Part shown: piece by piece, positions 29,701-44,129 of the stretch | Position numbering within the stretch: position 1 is the first letter of the stretch | How the letters are laid out: the number at the start of each line of letters is the position of its first letter | DNA from: Euprymna scolopes | Lineage: Eukaryota | DNA: 64,000 nucleotides | Strand: one strand, 5' to 3' | Assembly (NCBI GenBank): GCA_053919585.1 | Contig: CM132790.1 | Translations under genes and position numbers: made by a program | Notes under the pieces: generated by a model | Seen by the model: the letters and a program-made list of their open reading frames with translations, nothing else | What the model was told of the DNA's origin: nothing | The model's database searches: none

Positions 29701-32700
29701 TACTTTGTAAACTCAACAAAGTACTTTTTAAATACAGCACTTACTTGTTGATTTGATGCATATTTTAGTAGAGATTTTCACTTCAACAGGTGCTGTCGGT
29801 TCTTCAGGAATAATTGTAACTCTAAGCACTGTCGCGTCTGTACCAGGTGGAATGGTAACAGGCTCGTCTGGTGAGGATGTAACTTTAGTTGGTGTGAGCG
29901 GTAGAATTTCTGCAGGGGTAGTTACTACACCTGGGGCACCTTCAGCTATTGTTGTTGCTGGTGTTGTTCCTGCGCCTGGAGCAACTACTGCTGGTGTTGT
30001 GGCTGCGCCTGGAGCAACTAGAGCCAGTGTTGTCGCTACGCCTGGAGCACCGCCAGCCGGTGTTGTTGCGCCTGGAGCACCTCCAACTGGTGTTGTTGCT
30101 GCGCCTGGAACACCCCCAGCCGGTGTTGTTGCTGCGCCTGGAGCACCTCCAACTGGTGTAGTTACTGCTCCAGGTATTCCTCCAGCGGACACTGTAGTCG
30201 TTGTCTGTCAAAAACAAAACAATATTTTAAATGTGTCTTAAAAATGTAAAATTTAGATCGTAAGCTAAATATAAATAAAGCAATTTGTCTTTCTGAGTAA
30301 AATTATTCCTACATTAAATGATACAAAAATAGATTATTTGACACGACTGAAAAATGTTTTAAGAAAATAAAAAAACATGGGATACATTTTATATATTTTA
30401 ACCAAAGCAGCCCCTCATTAGCACTATAGATATTTAATAATTAAGAAAATATCATCAAGACATATTTTACGAGTTAACATTTTTATTATATGTAAAACGA
30501 AACCAATTTGATATATGTACAACAATGCAACAATGACAGATTCATAATTATAATTCTCTCTTCGTTTGTCCGAGATGTCGAAAATTCGACTGACTATAAT
30601 CATTTGTTCCTCATTCTTAAAAGTAGTTTTTTCCCGCATATACAAATTAGTTTTACATATAATATGTTGCAACTACAAAAGTAATTCCTGTTTTTTAATC
30701 GAAAACAAGTGCCAAACACGGGAAACAGCCGACACACTGCCAAGCCGCTAAGTTTTTGTTGAACGTCTCTTATTGTAATAGTAAGCAAAATAAATTCTTT
30801 TTTTTTTTTACAATTTTTAACTTATTGAGAAGAATTACTTAAAATCAGAAATAACGGGTGTATCACGTTGATTCTAATTTGTTTTGCTTTTTTTTCTATA
30901 AATTAACCGTAATTCATCGAAAGTGCTTGAAAATACTTCTAAAACAAATACTATACAGGAAAATGTATTACGAATACTTAAAACGAATGTTGAAAAATCA
31001 AAAAAATGTATATAAATTTACTGTAGTGGGCTTAAGAAATTCCACAACGTATTGTTTGACGTTCTTTGGGTTGACGAGTGTAAGTACACCACCAGATTTG
31101 ATATCTTCTCCAACAGTAAGTGTTGCAACTCTGTCGTTTGGTGTAGTTGTTATCCATCCAGGACCAGTGGGTCTGACATCTCCGGGATTTCCTGTTGGAT
31201 TGGGCTCGAGTGTAATAGCATCATCCGGCAATAATGTATCATCTTCCATGCTTTCCACAAGCGGACATGTTGCTAGAAAGAAAACAAAACATGGCCGATC
31301 CGTTAATTTGCAATCTACGGAATGTATTTAATAATTTTCAAGACATCGTCTTTCATAAATAACGCTACTTTTATTCGAAATCACGAAATTCATTTGGCAA
31401 CATGTAAGTAGAAAACAAAAAAAAAAAAAAAGAAAAGTTATATTTGGAAATTTACGATAAATATATTCAAGTGAAAATATATGTAAATAGTGAAACGAAA
31501 ACGCCAATGATGAATTACTGATATTATCTGCTTGACAAGCACATTAGAAAATGATAAAATCTAAATAATTATTATAATTAAGAAAACATATAAAACGCAG
31601 AGGAAGAATATATCTGGTAGGACAGACAATATAGTTTTAATGAAAAAAGGTAATTACGTGGTGTTGTAGCCGTAGTTACTGCTGGTGTTGTAGTTGCAGT
31701 TAGTGCTGGTGTGGTTGTTGTAGTTACTGCTGGTGGTGCAGTGGTCACGGGAGTAACGGGTGTTGTAACAGCTGGTGTAACAGTTGTTGAGGTAGCTGGC
31801 GTAGTTACAGCAGGGGAAACAGTTGTCGTTACAGCTACAAGAATGACAACAACAGAATTTTCGCACATGAAGTGAACAGCAACATAGTAAATGTTTACAT
31901 TAAGTTTTCTACTTGTATAAAAATTATAACTTACGTTTTTATTCAAGCAGTAAACTGATTCATACTGAGCATTTATTATACAACGATTGATTATTGTTAT
32001 TTGTGTATATTTTAGCGCATATACGACGATCCGCTGACGTTTATTTTGTAGGTGATATTTTAAACGTATTTTATACTGGAAATCTCCTGGATCGGACAAA
32101 TTATTTTAAAAATATTTCGTACAAACAATGTTATCAATATCCCAATAACACAAATAAGCATTGGCAAACCAGAAGTTTTATTTGTCAGCAAAAAGCTTTT
32201 CCGTCTTACTTTGTAAACTCAACAAAGTACTTTTTAAATACAGCACTTACTTGTTGATTTGATGCATATTTTAGTAGAGATTTTCACTTCAACAGGTGCT
32301 GTCGGTTCTTCAGGAATAATTGTAACTCTAAGCACTGTCGCGTCTGTACCAGGTGGAATGGTAACAGGCTCGTCTGGTGAGGATGTAACTTTAGTTGGTG
32401 TGAGCGGTAGAATTTCTGCAGGGGTAGTTACTACACCTGGGGCACCTTCAGCTATTGTTGTTGCTGGTGTTGTTCCTGCGCCTGGAGCAACTACTGCTGG
32501 TGTTGTGGCTGCGCCTGGAGCAACTAGAGCCAGTGTTGTCGCTACGCCTGGAGCACCGCCAGCCGGTGTTGTTGCGCCTGGAGCACCTCCAACTGGTGTT
32601 GTTGCTGCGCCTGGAACACCCCCAGCCGGTGTTGTTGCTGCGCCTGGAGCACCTCCAACTGGTGTAGTTACTGCTCCAGGTATTCCTCCAGCGGACACTG

Positions 32701-35700
32701 TAGTCGTTGTCTGTCAAAAACAAAACAATATTTTAAATGTGTCTTAAAAATGTAAAATTTAGATCGTAAGCTAAATATAAATAAAGCAATTTGTCTTTCT
32801 GAGTAAAATTATTCCTACATTAAATGATACAAAAATAGATTATTTGACACGACTGAAAAATGTTTTAAGAAAATAAAAAAACATGGGATACATTTTATAT
32901 ATTTTAACCAAAGCAGCCCCTCATTAGCACTATAGATATTTAATAATTAAGAAAATATCATCAAGACATATTTTACGAGTTAACATTTTTATTATATGTA
33001 AAACGAAACCAATTTGATATATGTACAACAATGCAACAATGACAGATTCATAATTATAATTCTCTCTTCGTTTGTCCGAGCTGTCGAAAATTCGACTGAC
33101 TATAATCATTTGTTCCTCATTCTTAAAAGTAGTTTTTCCCCGCATATACAAATTAGTTTTACATATAATATGTTGCAACTACAAAAGTAATTCCTGTTTT
33201 TTAATCGAAAACAAGTGCCAAACACGGGAAACAGCCGACACACTGCCAAGCCGCTAAGTTTTTGTTGAACGTCTCTTATTGTAATAGTAAGCAAAATAAA
33301 TTCTTTTTTTTTTACAATTTTTAACTTATTGAGAAGAATTACTTAAAATCAGAAATAACGGGTGTATCACGTTGATTCTAATTTGTTTTGCTTTTTTTTC
33401 TATAAATTAACCGTAATTCATCGAAAGTGCTTGAAAATACTTCTAAAACAAATACTATACAGGAAAATGTATTACGAATACTTAAAACGAATGTTGAAAA
33501 ATCAAAAAAATGTATATAAATTTACTGTAGTGGGCTTAAGAAATTCCACAACGTATTGTTTGACGTTCTTTGGGTTGACGAGTGTAAGTACACCACCAGA
33601 TTTGATATCTTCTCCAACAGTAAGTGTTGCAACTCTGTCGTTTGGTGTAGTTGTTATCCATCCAGGACCAGTGGGTCTGACATCTCCAGGATTTCCTGTT
33701 GGATTGGGCTCGAGTGTAATAGCATCATCCGGCAATAATGTATCATCTTCCATGCTTTCCACAAGCGGACATGTTGCTAGAAAGAAAACAAAACATGGCC
33801 GATCCGTTAATTTGCAATCTACGGAATGTATTTAATAATTTTCAAGACATCGTCTTTCATAAATAACGCTACTTTTATTCGAAATCACGAAATTCATTTG
33901 GCAACATGTAAGTAGAAAACAAAAAAAAAAAAAAAGAAAAGTTATATTTGGAAATTTACGATAAATATATTCAAGTGAAAATATATGTAAATAGTGAAAC
34001 GAAAACGCCAATGATGAATTACTGATATTATCTGCTTGACAAGCACATTAGAAAATGATAAAATCTAAATAATTGTTATAATTAAGAAAACATATAAAAC
34101 GCAGAGGAAGAATATATCTGGTAGGACAGACAATATAGTTTTAATGAAAAAAGGTAATTACGTGGTGTTGTAGCCGTAGTTACTGCTGGTGTTGTAGTTG
34201 CAGTTAGTGCTGGTGTGGTTGTTGTAGTTACTGCTGGTGGTGCAGTGGTCACGGGAGTAACGGGTGTTGTAACAGCTGGTGTAACAGTTGTTGAGGTAGC
34301 TGGCGTAGTTACAGCAGGGGAAACAGTTGTCGTTACAGCTACAAGAATGACAACAACAGAATTTTCGCACATGAAGTGAACAGCAACATAGTAAATGTTT
34401 ACATTAAGTTTTCTACTTGTATAAAAATTATAACTTACGTTTTTATTCAAGCAGTAAACTGATTCATACTGAGCATTTATTATACAACGATTGATTATTG
34501 TTATTTGTGTATATTTTAGCGCATATACGACGATCCGCTGACGTTTATTTTGTAGGTGATATTTTAAACGTATTTTATACTGGAAATCTCCTGGATCGGA
34601 CAAATTATTTTAAAAATATTTCGTACAAACAATGTTATCAATATCCCAATAACACAAATAAGCATTGGCAAACCAGAAGTTTTATTTGTCAGCAAAAAGC
34701 TTTTCCGTCTTACTTTGTAAACTCAACAAAGTACTTTTTAAATACAGCACTTACTTGTTGATTTGATGCATATTTTAGTAGAGATTTTCACTTCAACAGG
34801 TGCTGTCGGTTCTTCAGGAATAATTGTAACTCTAAGCACTGTCGCGTCTGTACCAGGTGGAATGGTAACAGGCTCGTCTGGTGAGGATGTAACTTTAGTT
34901 GGTGTGAGCGGTAGAATTTCTGCAGGGGTAGTTACTACACCTGGGGCACCTTCAGCTATTGTTGTTGCTGGTGTTGTTCCTGCGCCTGGAGCAACTACTG
35001 CTGGTGTTGTGGCTGCGCCTGGAGCAACTAGAGCCAGTGTTGTCGCTACGCCTGGAGCACCGCCAGCCGGTGTTGTTGCGCCTGGAGCACCTCCAACTGG
35101 TGTTGTTGCTGCGCCTGGAACACCCCCAGCCGGTGTTGTTGCTGCGCCTGGAGCACCTCCAACTGGTGTAGTTACTGCTCCAGGTATTCCTCCAGCGGAC
35201 ACTGTAGTCGTTGTCTGTCAAAAACAAAACAATATTTTAAATGTGTCTTAAAAATGTAAAATTTAGATCGTAAGCTAAATATAAATAAAGCAATTTGTCT
35301 TTCTGAGTAAAATTATTCCTACATTAAATGATACAAAAATAGATTATTTGACACGACTGAAAAATGTTTTAAGAAAATAAAAAAACATGGGATACATTTT
35401 ATATATTTTAACCAAAGCAGCCCCTCATTAGCACTATAGATATTTAATAATTAAGAAAATATCATCAAGACATATTTTACGAGTTAACATTTTTATTATA
35501 TGTAAAACGAAACCAATTTGATATATGTACAACAATGCAACAATGACAGATTCATAATTATAATTCTCTCTTCGTTTGTCCGAGCTGTCGAAAATTCGAC
35601 TGACTATAATCATTTGTTCCTCATTCTTAAAAGTAGTTTTTCCCCGCATATACAAATTAGTTTTACATATAATATGTTGCAACTACAAAAGTAATTCCTG

Positions 35701-38700
35701 TTTTTTAATCGAAAACAAGTGCCAAACACGGGAAACAGCCGACACACTGCCAAGCCGCTAAGTTTTTGTTGAACGTCTCTTATTGTAATAGTAAGCAAAA
35801 TAAATTCTTTTTTTTTTTACAATTTTTAACTTATTGAGAAGAATTACTTAAAATCAGAAATAACGGGTGTATCACGTTGATTCTAATTTGTTTTGCTTTT
35901 TTTTCTATAAATTAACCGTAATTCATCGAAAGTGCTTGAAAATACTTCTAAAACAAATACTATACAGGAAAATGTATTACGAATACTTAAAACGAATGTT
36001 GAAAAATCAAAAAAATGTATATAAATTTACTGTAGTGGGCTTAAGAAATTCCACAACGTATTGTTTGACGTTCTTTGGGTTGACGAGTGTAAGTACACCA
36101 CCAGATTTGATATCTTCTCCAACAGTAAGTGTTGCAACTCTGTCGTTTGGTGTAGTTGTTATCCATCCAGGACCAGTGGGTCTGACATCTCCAGGATTTC
36201 CTGTTGGATTGGGCTCGAGTGTAATAGCATCATCCGGCAATAATGTATCATCTTCCATGCTTTCCACAAGCGGACATGTTGCTAGAAAGAAAACAAAACA
36301 TGGCCGATCCGTTAATTTGCAATCTACGGAATGTATTTAATAATTTTCAAGACATCGTCTTTCATAAATAACGCTACTTTTATTCGAAATCACGAAATTC
36401 ATTTGGCAACATGTAAGTAGAAAACAAAAAAAAAAAAAAAGAAAAGTTATATTTGGAAATTTACGATAAATATATTCAAGTGAAAATATATGTAAATAGT
36501 GAAACGAAAACGCCAATGATGAATTACTGATATTATCTGCTTGACAAGCACATTAGAAAATGATAAAATCTAAATAATTATTATAATTAAGAAAACATAT
36601 AAAACGCAGAGGAAGAATATATCTGGTAGGACAGACAATATAGTTTTAATGAAAAAAGGTAATTACGTGGTGTTGTAGCCGTAGTTACTGCTGGTGTTGT
36701 AGTTGCAGTTAGTGCTGGTGTGGTTGTTGTAGTTACTGCTGGTGGTGCAGTGGTCACGGGAGTAACGGGTGTTGTAACAGCTGGTGTAACAGTTGTTGAG
36801 GTAGCTGGCGTAGTTACAGCAGGGGAAACAGTTGTCGTTACAGCTACAAGAATGACAACAACAGAATTTTCGCACATGAAGTGAACAGCAACATAGTAAA
36901 TGTTTACATTAAGTTTTCTACTTGTATAAAAATTATAACTTACGTTTTTATTCAAGCAGTAAACTGATTCATACTGAGCATTTATTATACAACGATTGAT
37001 TATTGTTATTTGTGTATATTTTAGCGCATATACGACGATCCGCTGACGTTTATTTTGTAGGTGATATTTTAAACGTATTTTATACTGGAAATCTCCTGGA
37101 TCGGACAAATTATTTTAAAAATATTTCGTACAAACAATGTTATCAATATCCCAATAACACAAATAAGCATTGGCAAACCAGAAGTTTTATTTGTCAGCAA
37201 AAAGCTTTTCCGTCTTACTTTGTAAACTCAACAAAGTACTTTTTAAATACAGCACTTACTTGTTGATTTGATGCATATTTTAGTAGAGATTTTCACTTCA
37301 ACAGGTGCTGTCGGTTCTTCAGGAATAATTGTAACTCTAAGCACTGTCGCGTCTGTACCAGGTGGAATGGTAACAGGCTCGTCTGGTGAGGATGTAACTT
37401 TAGTTGGTGTGAGCGGTAGAATTTCTGCAGGGGTAGTTACTACACCTGGGGCACCTTCAGCTATTGTTGTTGCTGGTGTTGTTCCTGCGCCTGGAGCAAC
37501 TACTGCTGGTGTTGTGGCTGCGCCTGGAGCAACTAGAGCCAGTGTTGTCGCTACGCCTGGAGCACCGCCAGCCGGTGTTGTTGCGCCTGGAGCACCTCCA
37601 ACTGGTGTTGTTGCTGCGCCTGGAACACCCCCAGCCGGTGTTGTTGCTGCGCCTGGAGCACCTCCAACTGGTGTAGTTACTGCTCCAGGTATTCCTCCAG
37701 CGGACACTGTAGTCGTTGTCTGTCAAAAACAAAACAATATTTTAAATGTGTCTTAAAAATGTAAAATTTAGATCGTAAGCTAAATATAAATAAAGCAATT
37801 TGTCTTTCTGAGTAAAATTATTCCTACATTAAATGATACAAAAATAGATTATTTGACACGACTGAAAAATGTTTTAAGAAAATAAAAAAACATGGGATAC
37901 ATTTTATATATTTTAACCAAAGCAGCCCCTCATTAGCACTATAGATATTTAATAATTAAGAAAATATCATCAAGACATATTTTACGAGTTAACATTTTTA
38001 TTATATGTAAAACGAAACCAATTTGATATATGTACAACAATGCAACAATGACAGATTCATAATTATAATTCTCTCTTCGTTTGTCCGAGCTGTCGAAAAT
38101 TCGACTGACTATAATCATTTGTTCCTCATTCTTAAAAGTAGTTTTTCCCCGCATATACAAATTAGTTTTACATATAATATGTTGCAACTACAAAAGTAAT
38201 TCCTGTTTTTTAATCGAAAACAAGTGCCAAACACGGGAAACAGCCGACACACTGCCAAGCCGCTAAGTTTTTGTTGAACGTCTCTTATTGTAATAGTAAG
38301 CAAAATAAATTCTTTTTTTTTTTTACAATTTTTAACTTATTGAGAAGAATTACTTAAAATCAGAAATAACGGGTGTATCACGTTGATTCTAATTTGTTTT
38401 GCTTTTTTTTCTATAAATTAACCGTAATTCATCGAAAGTGCTTGAAAATACTTCTAAAACAAATACTATACAGGAAAATGTATTACGAATACTTAAAACG
38501 AATGTTGAAAAATCAAAAAAATGTATATAAATTTACTGTAGTGGGCTTAAGAAATTCCACAACGTATTGTTTGACGTTCTTTGGGTTGACGAGTGTAAGT
38601 ACACCACCAGATTTGATATCTTCTCCAACAGTAAGTGTTGCAACTCTGTCGTTTGGTGTAGTTGTTATCCATCCAGGACCAGTGGGTCTGACATCTCCAG

Positions 38701-41700
38701 GATTTCCTGTTGGATTGGGCTCGAGTGTAATAGCATCATCCGGCAATAATGTATCATCTTCCATGCTTTCCACAAGCGGACATGTTGCTAGAAAGAAAAC
38801 AAAACATGGCCGATCCGTTAATTTGCAATCTACGGAATGTATTTAATAATTTTCAAGACATCGTCTTTCATAAATAACGCTACTTTTATTCGAAATCACG
38901 AAACTCATTTGGCAACATGTAAGTAGAAAATAAAAGAAAAGTTATATTTGGAAATCTACTATAAATATATTCAAGTGAAAATATATGTAAATAGTGAAAC
39001 GAAAACGCCAATGATGAATTACTGATATTATCTGCTTGAAAAGCACATTAGAAAATGATAAAATCTAAATAATTATAATAATTAAGAAAACATATAAAAC
39101 GCAGAGGAAGAATATATCTGATAGGACAGACAATATAGTTTTAATGAAAAAAGGTAATTACGTGGTGTTGTAGCCGTAGTTACTGCTGGTGTTGTAGTTG
39201 CAGTTAGTGCTGGTGTGGTTGTTGTAGTTATTGCTGGTGGTGCAGTGGTCACGGGAGTAACGGGTGTTGTAACAGCTGGTGTAACAGTTGTTGAGGTAGC
39301 TGGCGTAGTTACAGTAGGGGAAACAGTTGTTGTTACAGCTACAAGAATGATAATAACAGAATTTTCGCACATGAAATGAACAGCAACATAGTAAATGTTT
39401 ACATTAAGTTTTCTACTTGTATAAAAATTATAACTTACGTTTTTATTCAAGCAGTAAACTGATTCATACTGAGCATTTATTATACAACGATTGATTATTG
39501 TTATTTGTGTATATTTTAGCGCATATACGACGATCCGCTGACGTTTATTTTGTAGGTGATATTTTAAACGTATTTTATACTGGAAATCTCCTGGATCGGA
39601 CAAATTATTTTAAAAATATTTCGTACAAACAATGTTATCAATATCCCAATAACACAAATAAACATTGGCAAACCAGAAGTTTTATTTGTCAGCAAAAAGC
39701 TTTTCCGTCTTACTTTGTAAACTCAACAAAGTACTTTTTAAATACAGCACTTACTTGTTGATTTGATGCATATTTTAGTAGAGATTTTCACTTCAACAGG
39801 TGCTGTCGGTTCTTCAGGAATAATTGTAACTCTAAGCACTGTCGCGTCTGTACCAGGTGGAATGGTAACAGGCTCGTCTGGTGAGGATGTAACTTTAGTT
39901 GGTGTGAGCGGTAGAATTTCTGCAGGGGTAGTTACTACACCTGGGGCACCTTCAGCTATTGTTGTTGCTGGTGTTGTTCCTGCGCCTGGAGCAACTACTG
40001 CTGGTGTTGTGGCTGCGCCTGGAGCAACTAGAGCCAGTGTTGTCGCTACGCCTGGAGCACCTCCAGCCGGTGTTGTTGCGCCTGGAGCACCTCCAACTGG
40101 TGTTGTTGCTGCGCCTGGAACACCCCCAGCCGGTGTTGTTGCTGGGCCTGGAGCACCTCCAACTGGTGTAGTTACTGCTCCAGGTATTCCTCCAGCGGAC
40201 ACTGTAGTCGTTGTCTGTCAAAAACAAAACAATATTTTAAATGTGTCTTAAAAATGTAAAATTTAGATCGTAAGCTAAATATAAATAAAGCAATTTGTCT
40301 TTCTGAGTAAAATTATTCCTACATTAAATGATACAAAAATAGATTATTTGACACGACTGAAAAATGTTTTAAGAAAATAAAAAACATGGGATACATTTTA
40401 TATATTTTAACCAAAGCAGCCCCTCATTAGCACTATAGATATTTAATAATTAAGAAAATATCATCAAGACATATTTTACGAGTTAACATTTTTATTATAT
40501 GTAAAACGAAACCAATTTGATATATGTACAACAATGCAACAATGACAGATTCATAATTATAATTCTCTCTTCGTTTGTCCGAGCTGTCGAAAATTCGACT
40601 GACTATAATCATTTGTTCCTCATTCTTAAAAGTAGTTTTTCCCCGCATATACAAATTAGTTTTACATATAATATGTTGCAACTACAAAAGTAATTCCTGT
40701 TTTTTAATCGAAAACAAGTGCCAAACACGGGAAACAGCCGACACACTGCCAAGCCGCTAAGTTTTTGTTGAACGTCTCTTATTGTAATAGTAAGCAAAAT
40801 AAATTTTTTTTTTTTTTACAATTTTTAACTTATTGAGAAGAATTACTTAAAATCAGAAATAACGGGTGTATCACGTTGATTCTAATTTGTTTTGCTTTTT
40901 TTTCTATAAATTAACCGTAATTCATCGAAAGTGCTTGAAAATACTTCTAAAACAAATACTATACAGGAAAATGTATTACGAATACTTAAAACGAATGTTG
41001 AAAAATCAAAAAAATGTATATAAATTTACTGTAGTGGGCTTAAGAAATTCCACAACGTATTGTTTGACGTTCTTTGGGTTGACGAGTGTAAGTACACCAC
41101 CAGATTTGATATCTTCTCCAACAGTAAGTGTTGCAACTCTGTCGTTTGGTGTAGTTGTTATCCATCCAGGACCAGTGGGTCTGACATCTCCAGGATTTCC
41201 TGTTGGATTGGGCTCGAGTGTAATAGCATCATCCGGCAATAATGTATCATCTTCCATGCTTTCCACAAGCGGACATGTTGCTAGAAAGAAAACAAAACAT
41301 GGCCGATCCGTTAATTTGCAATCTACGGAATGTATTTAATAATTTTCAAGACATCGTCTTTCATAAATAACGCTACTTTTATTCGAAATCACGAAACTCA
41401 TTTGGCAACATGTAAGTAGAAAATAAAAGAAAAAAAAAGAAAAGTTATATTTGGAAATCTACTATAAATATATTCAAGTGAAAATATATGTAAATAGTGA
41501 AACGAAAACGCCAATGATGAATTACTGATATTATCTGCTTGAAAAGCACATTAGAAAATGATAAAATCTAAATAATTATAATAATTAAGAAAACATATAA
41601 AACGCAGAGGAAGAATATATCTGGTAGGACAGACAATATAGTTTTAATGAAAAAAGGTAATTACGTGGTGTTGTAGCCGTAGTTACTGCTGGTGTTGTAG

Positions 41701-44098
41701 TTGCAGTTAGTGCTGGTGTGGTTGTTGTAGTTATTGCTGGTGGTGCAGTGGTCACGGGAGTAACGGGTGTTGTAACAGCTGGTGTAACAGTTGTTGAGGT
41801 AGCTGGCGTAGTTACAGTAGGGGAAACAGTTGTTGTTACAGCTACAAGAATGATAATAACAGAATTTTCGCACATGAAATGAACAGCAACATAGTAAATG
41901 TTTGCATTGTTTTCTACTTGTATAAAAATTATAACTTACGTTATTATTCAAGCAGTAAACTGATTCATACTGAGCATTTATTATACAACGATTGATTATT
42001 GTTATTTGTGTATATTTTAGCGCATATACGACAAGCCGCTGACGTTTATTTTGTAGGTGATATTTTAAACGTATTTTATACTGGAAATCTCCTGGATCGG
42101 ACAAATTATTTTAAAAATATTTCGTACAAACAATGTTATCAATATCCCAATAACACAAATAAACATTGGCAAACCAGAAGTTTTATTTGTCAGCAAAAAG
42201 CTTTTCCGTCTTACTTTGTAAACTCAACAAAGTACTTTTTAAATACAGCACTTACTTGTTGATTTGATGCATATTTTAGTAGAGATTTTCACTTCAACAG
42301 GTGCTGTCGGTTCTTCAGGAATAATTGTAACTCTAAGCACTGTCGCGTCTGTACCAGGTGGAATGGTAACAGGCTCGTCTGGTGAGGATGTAACTTTAGT
42401 TGGTGTGAGCGGTAGAATTTCTGCAGGGGTAGTTACTACACCTGGGGCACCTTCAGCTAGTGTTGTTGCTGCGCCTGGAGCACCTCTAACTGGTGTTGTT
42501 GATGTGCCTGGAACACCTCCAGCCGGTGTTATTGCTGCGCCTGGAGCACCTCCAATTGGTGTAGTTCCTGCTCCAGGTATTCCTCCAGCTGAAACCGTAG
42601 TCGTTGTCTGTCAAAAACAAAACAATATTTTTTAAATGTGTCTGAAAAAGTTATACATTAGATCGTACGCATGAAGGAAATAAAGCAATTTGTCTTTTTG
42701 AGTAAATAAAAAACATGGGATGCATTTTATATATTTTAACCAAAGCAACCCCTTACTAGCACTATAAATATTTAATAATTAAGAAAATATCATCGACATA
42801 TTTTACGAGTTAACCTTTTATTATATGTAAAACGAAACCAATTTGAAATATGCACAACAATGCAACACTGTCAAATTCATAATTATAATTCTCTCTACGT
42901 TAGTCTTAGCTGTCGAAAATTCGACTCGCTATAATCATTTACTCCTCATTTTTAAAAGTAGTTTTGTCGCCGCATATGCAAATTAGTTTTACATATAATA
43001 TGTTGCAACTACAAAAGAAATTCTTGTTTTTTGAATCGAAAACAAGTGCCAAACACGGGAAACATCCAAGTCGGTAAGTTTTTGTTTTCGTCTCTTATTG
43101 TAATAGTAAGCAAAATAAAATTTTTCTTTTTTTACAATTTTTAACTTATTGCGAAGAATTATTTAAAATCAGAAATAACGGGTGTATCACGTTGATTCTA
43201 ATTTGTTTTGCTTTTTTTCTATAAATTAACCGTAATTCATCGAAAGTGCTTGAAAATACTTCTAAAACAAATACTATACAGGAAAATGTATTACGAATAC
43301 TTAAAACGAATGTTGAAAAATCAAAAAAATGTATATAAATTTACTGTAGTGGGCTTAAGAAATTCCACAACGTATTGTTTGACGTTCTTTGGGTTGACGA
43401 GTGTAAGTACACCACCAGATTTGATATCTTCTCCAACAGTAAGTGTTGCAACTCTGTCGTTTGGTGTAGTTGTTATCCATCCAGGACCAGTGGGTCTGAC
43501 ATCTCCGGGATTTCCTGTTGGATTGGGCTCGAGTGTAATAGCATCATCCGGCAATAATGTATCATCTTCCATGCTTTCCACAAGTGGACATGAAGCTATA
43601 AACAAAAAACATGGCGGATCTATAAATTTGCAATCTATGCAATTTATTTTCAATTCCTCTTATGTAATGGAGAATTTATTTTTCGTATTTATGTATGTAT
43701 ATTTATATATTTTACTATTACCTTAGAAATTCAAGGCGAATAAGTCTTAAAGGAAAGGGACTTGGACGCAGAATATGTGACATTTTGTACAAACTATCCA
43801 TTGTTCTCCCTTAACTACCGCAGAATATGATTGAGGTCACTAAATTTGTCTCTTTCTAAACGATTTTAGCATCTGTATGTGCGTGAACCGCTTCTCCTAT
43901 CGGATACGTTAAGTTCATATGTTTGCAACGTTATGGATTGACATTAGCTGTGGCCAAATGGGTTAAGACAAAAGAAGTGTATTTATGCCAGTAACGTAAA
44001 AATCTTCTGTTCTGATGACGATGAAGTCGCTGAAGGCATTTTTGACATCGCCTAGACTTTTGAAGCATTTCTCACACAGAAAGTTGTCAAAATATTTG

Positions 44099-44129
<31 letters not shown>

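Larger units (their letters stand above)
18863..43640. repeat. Intragenic tandem array, about 10 units of about 2.5 kb, each with exons C, A, B and three introns
   Basis: A-exon offsets are 2500, 2505, 2503, 2506, 2506, 2504, 2505, 2495 and 2501 bp; introns are near-identical and the ORF track repeats unit by unit. Confidence 0.97.

Noticed and set aside
19134-41875. Recurrent Cys/Asn-rich or intron-spanning short ORFs (e.g. [28 protein letters not shown])
   Set aside because: They are off-frame or intronic ORFs that recur only because the DNA is duplicated; several are broken in the edge units.
18863-43640. Array of separate small genes, or a CRISPR-like or prokaryotic repeat system
   Set aside because: The ORF-track starts are arbitrary, the segments have splice sites and chain in phase into one frame, there are no unique spacers or cas genes, and the context is eukaryotic.
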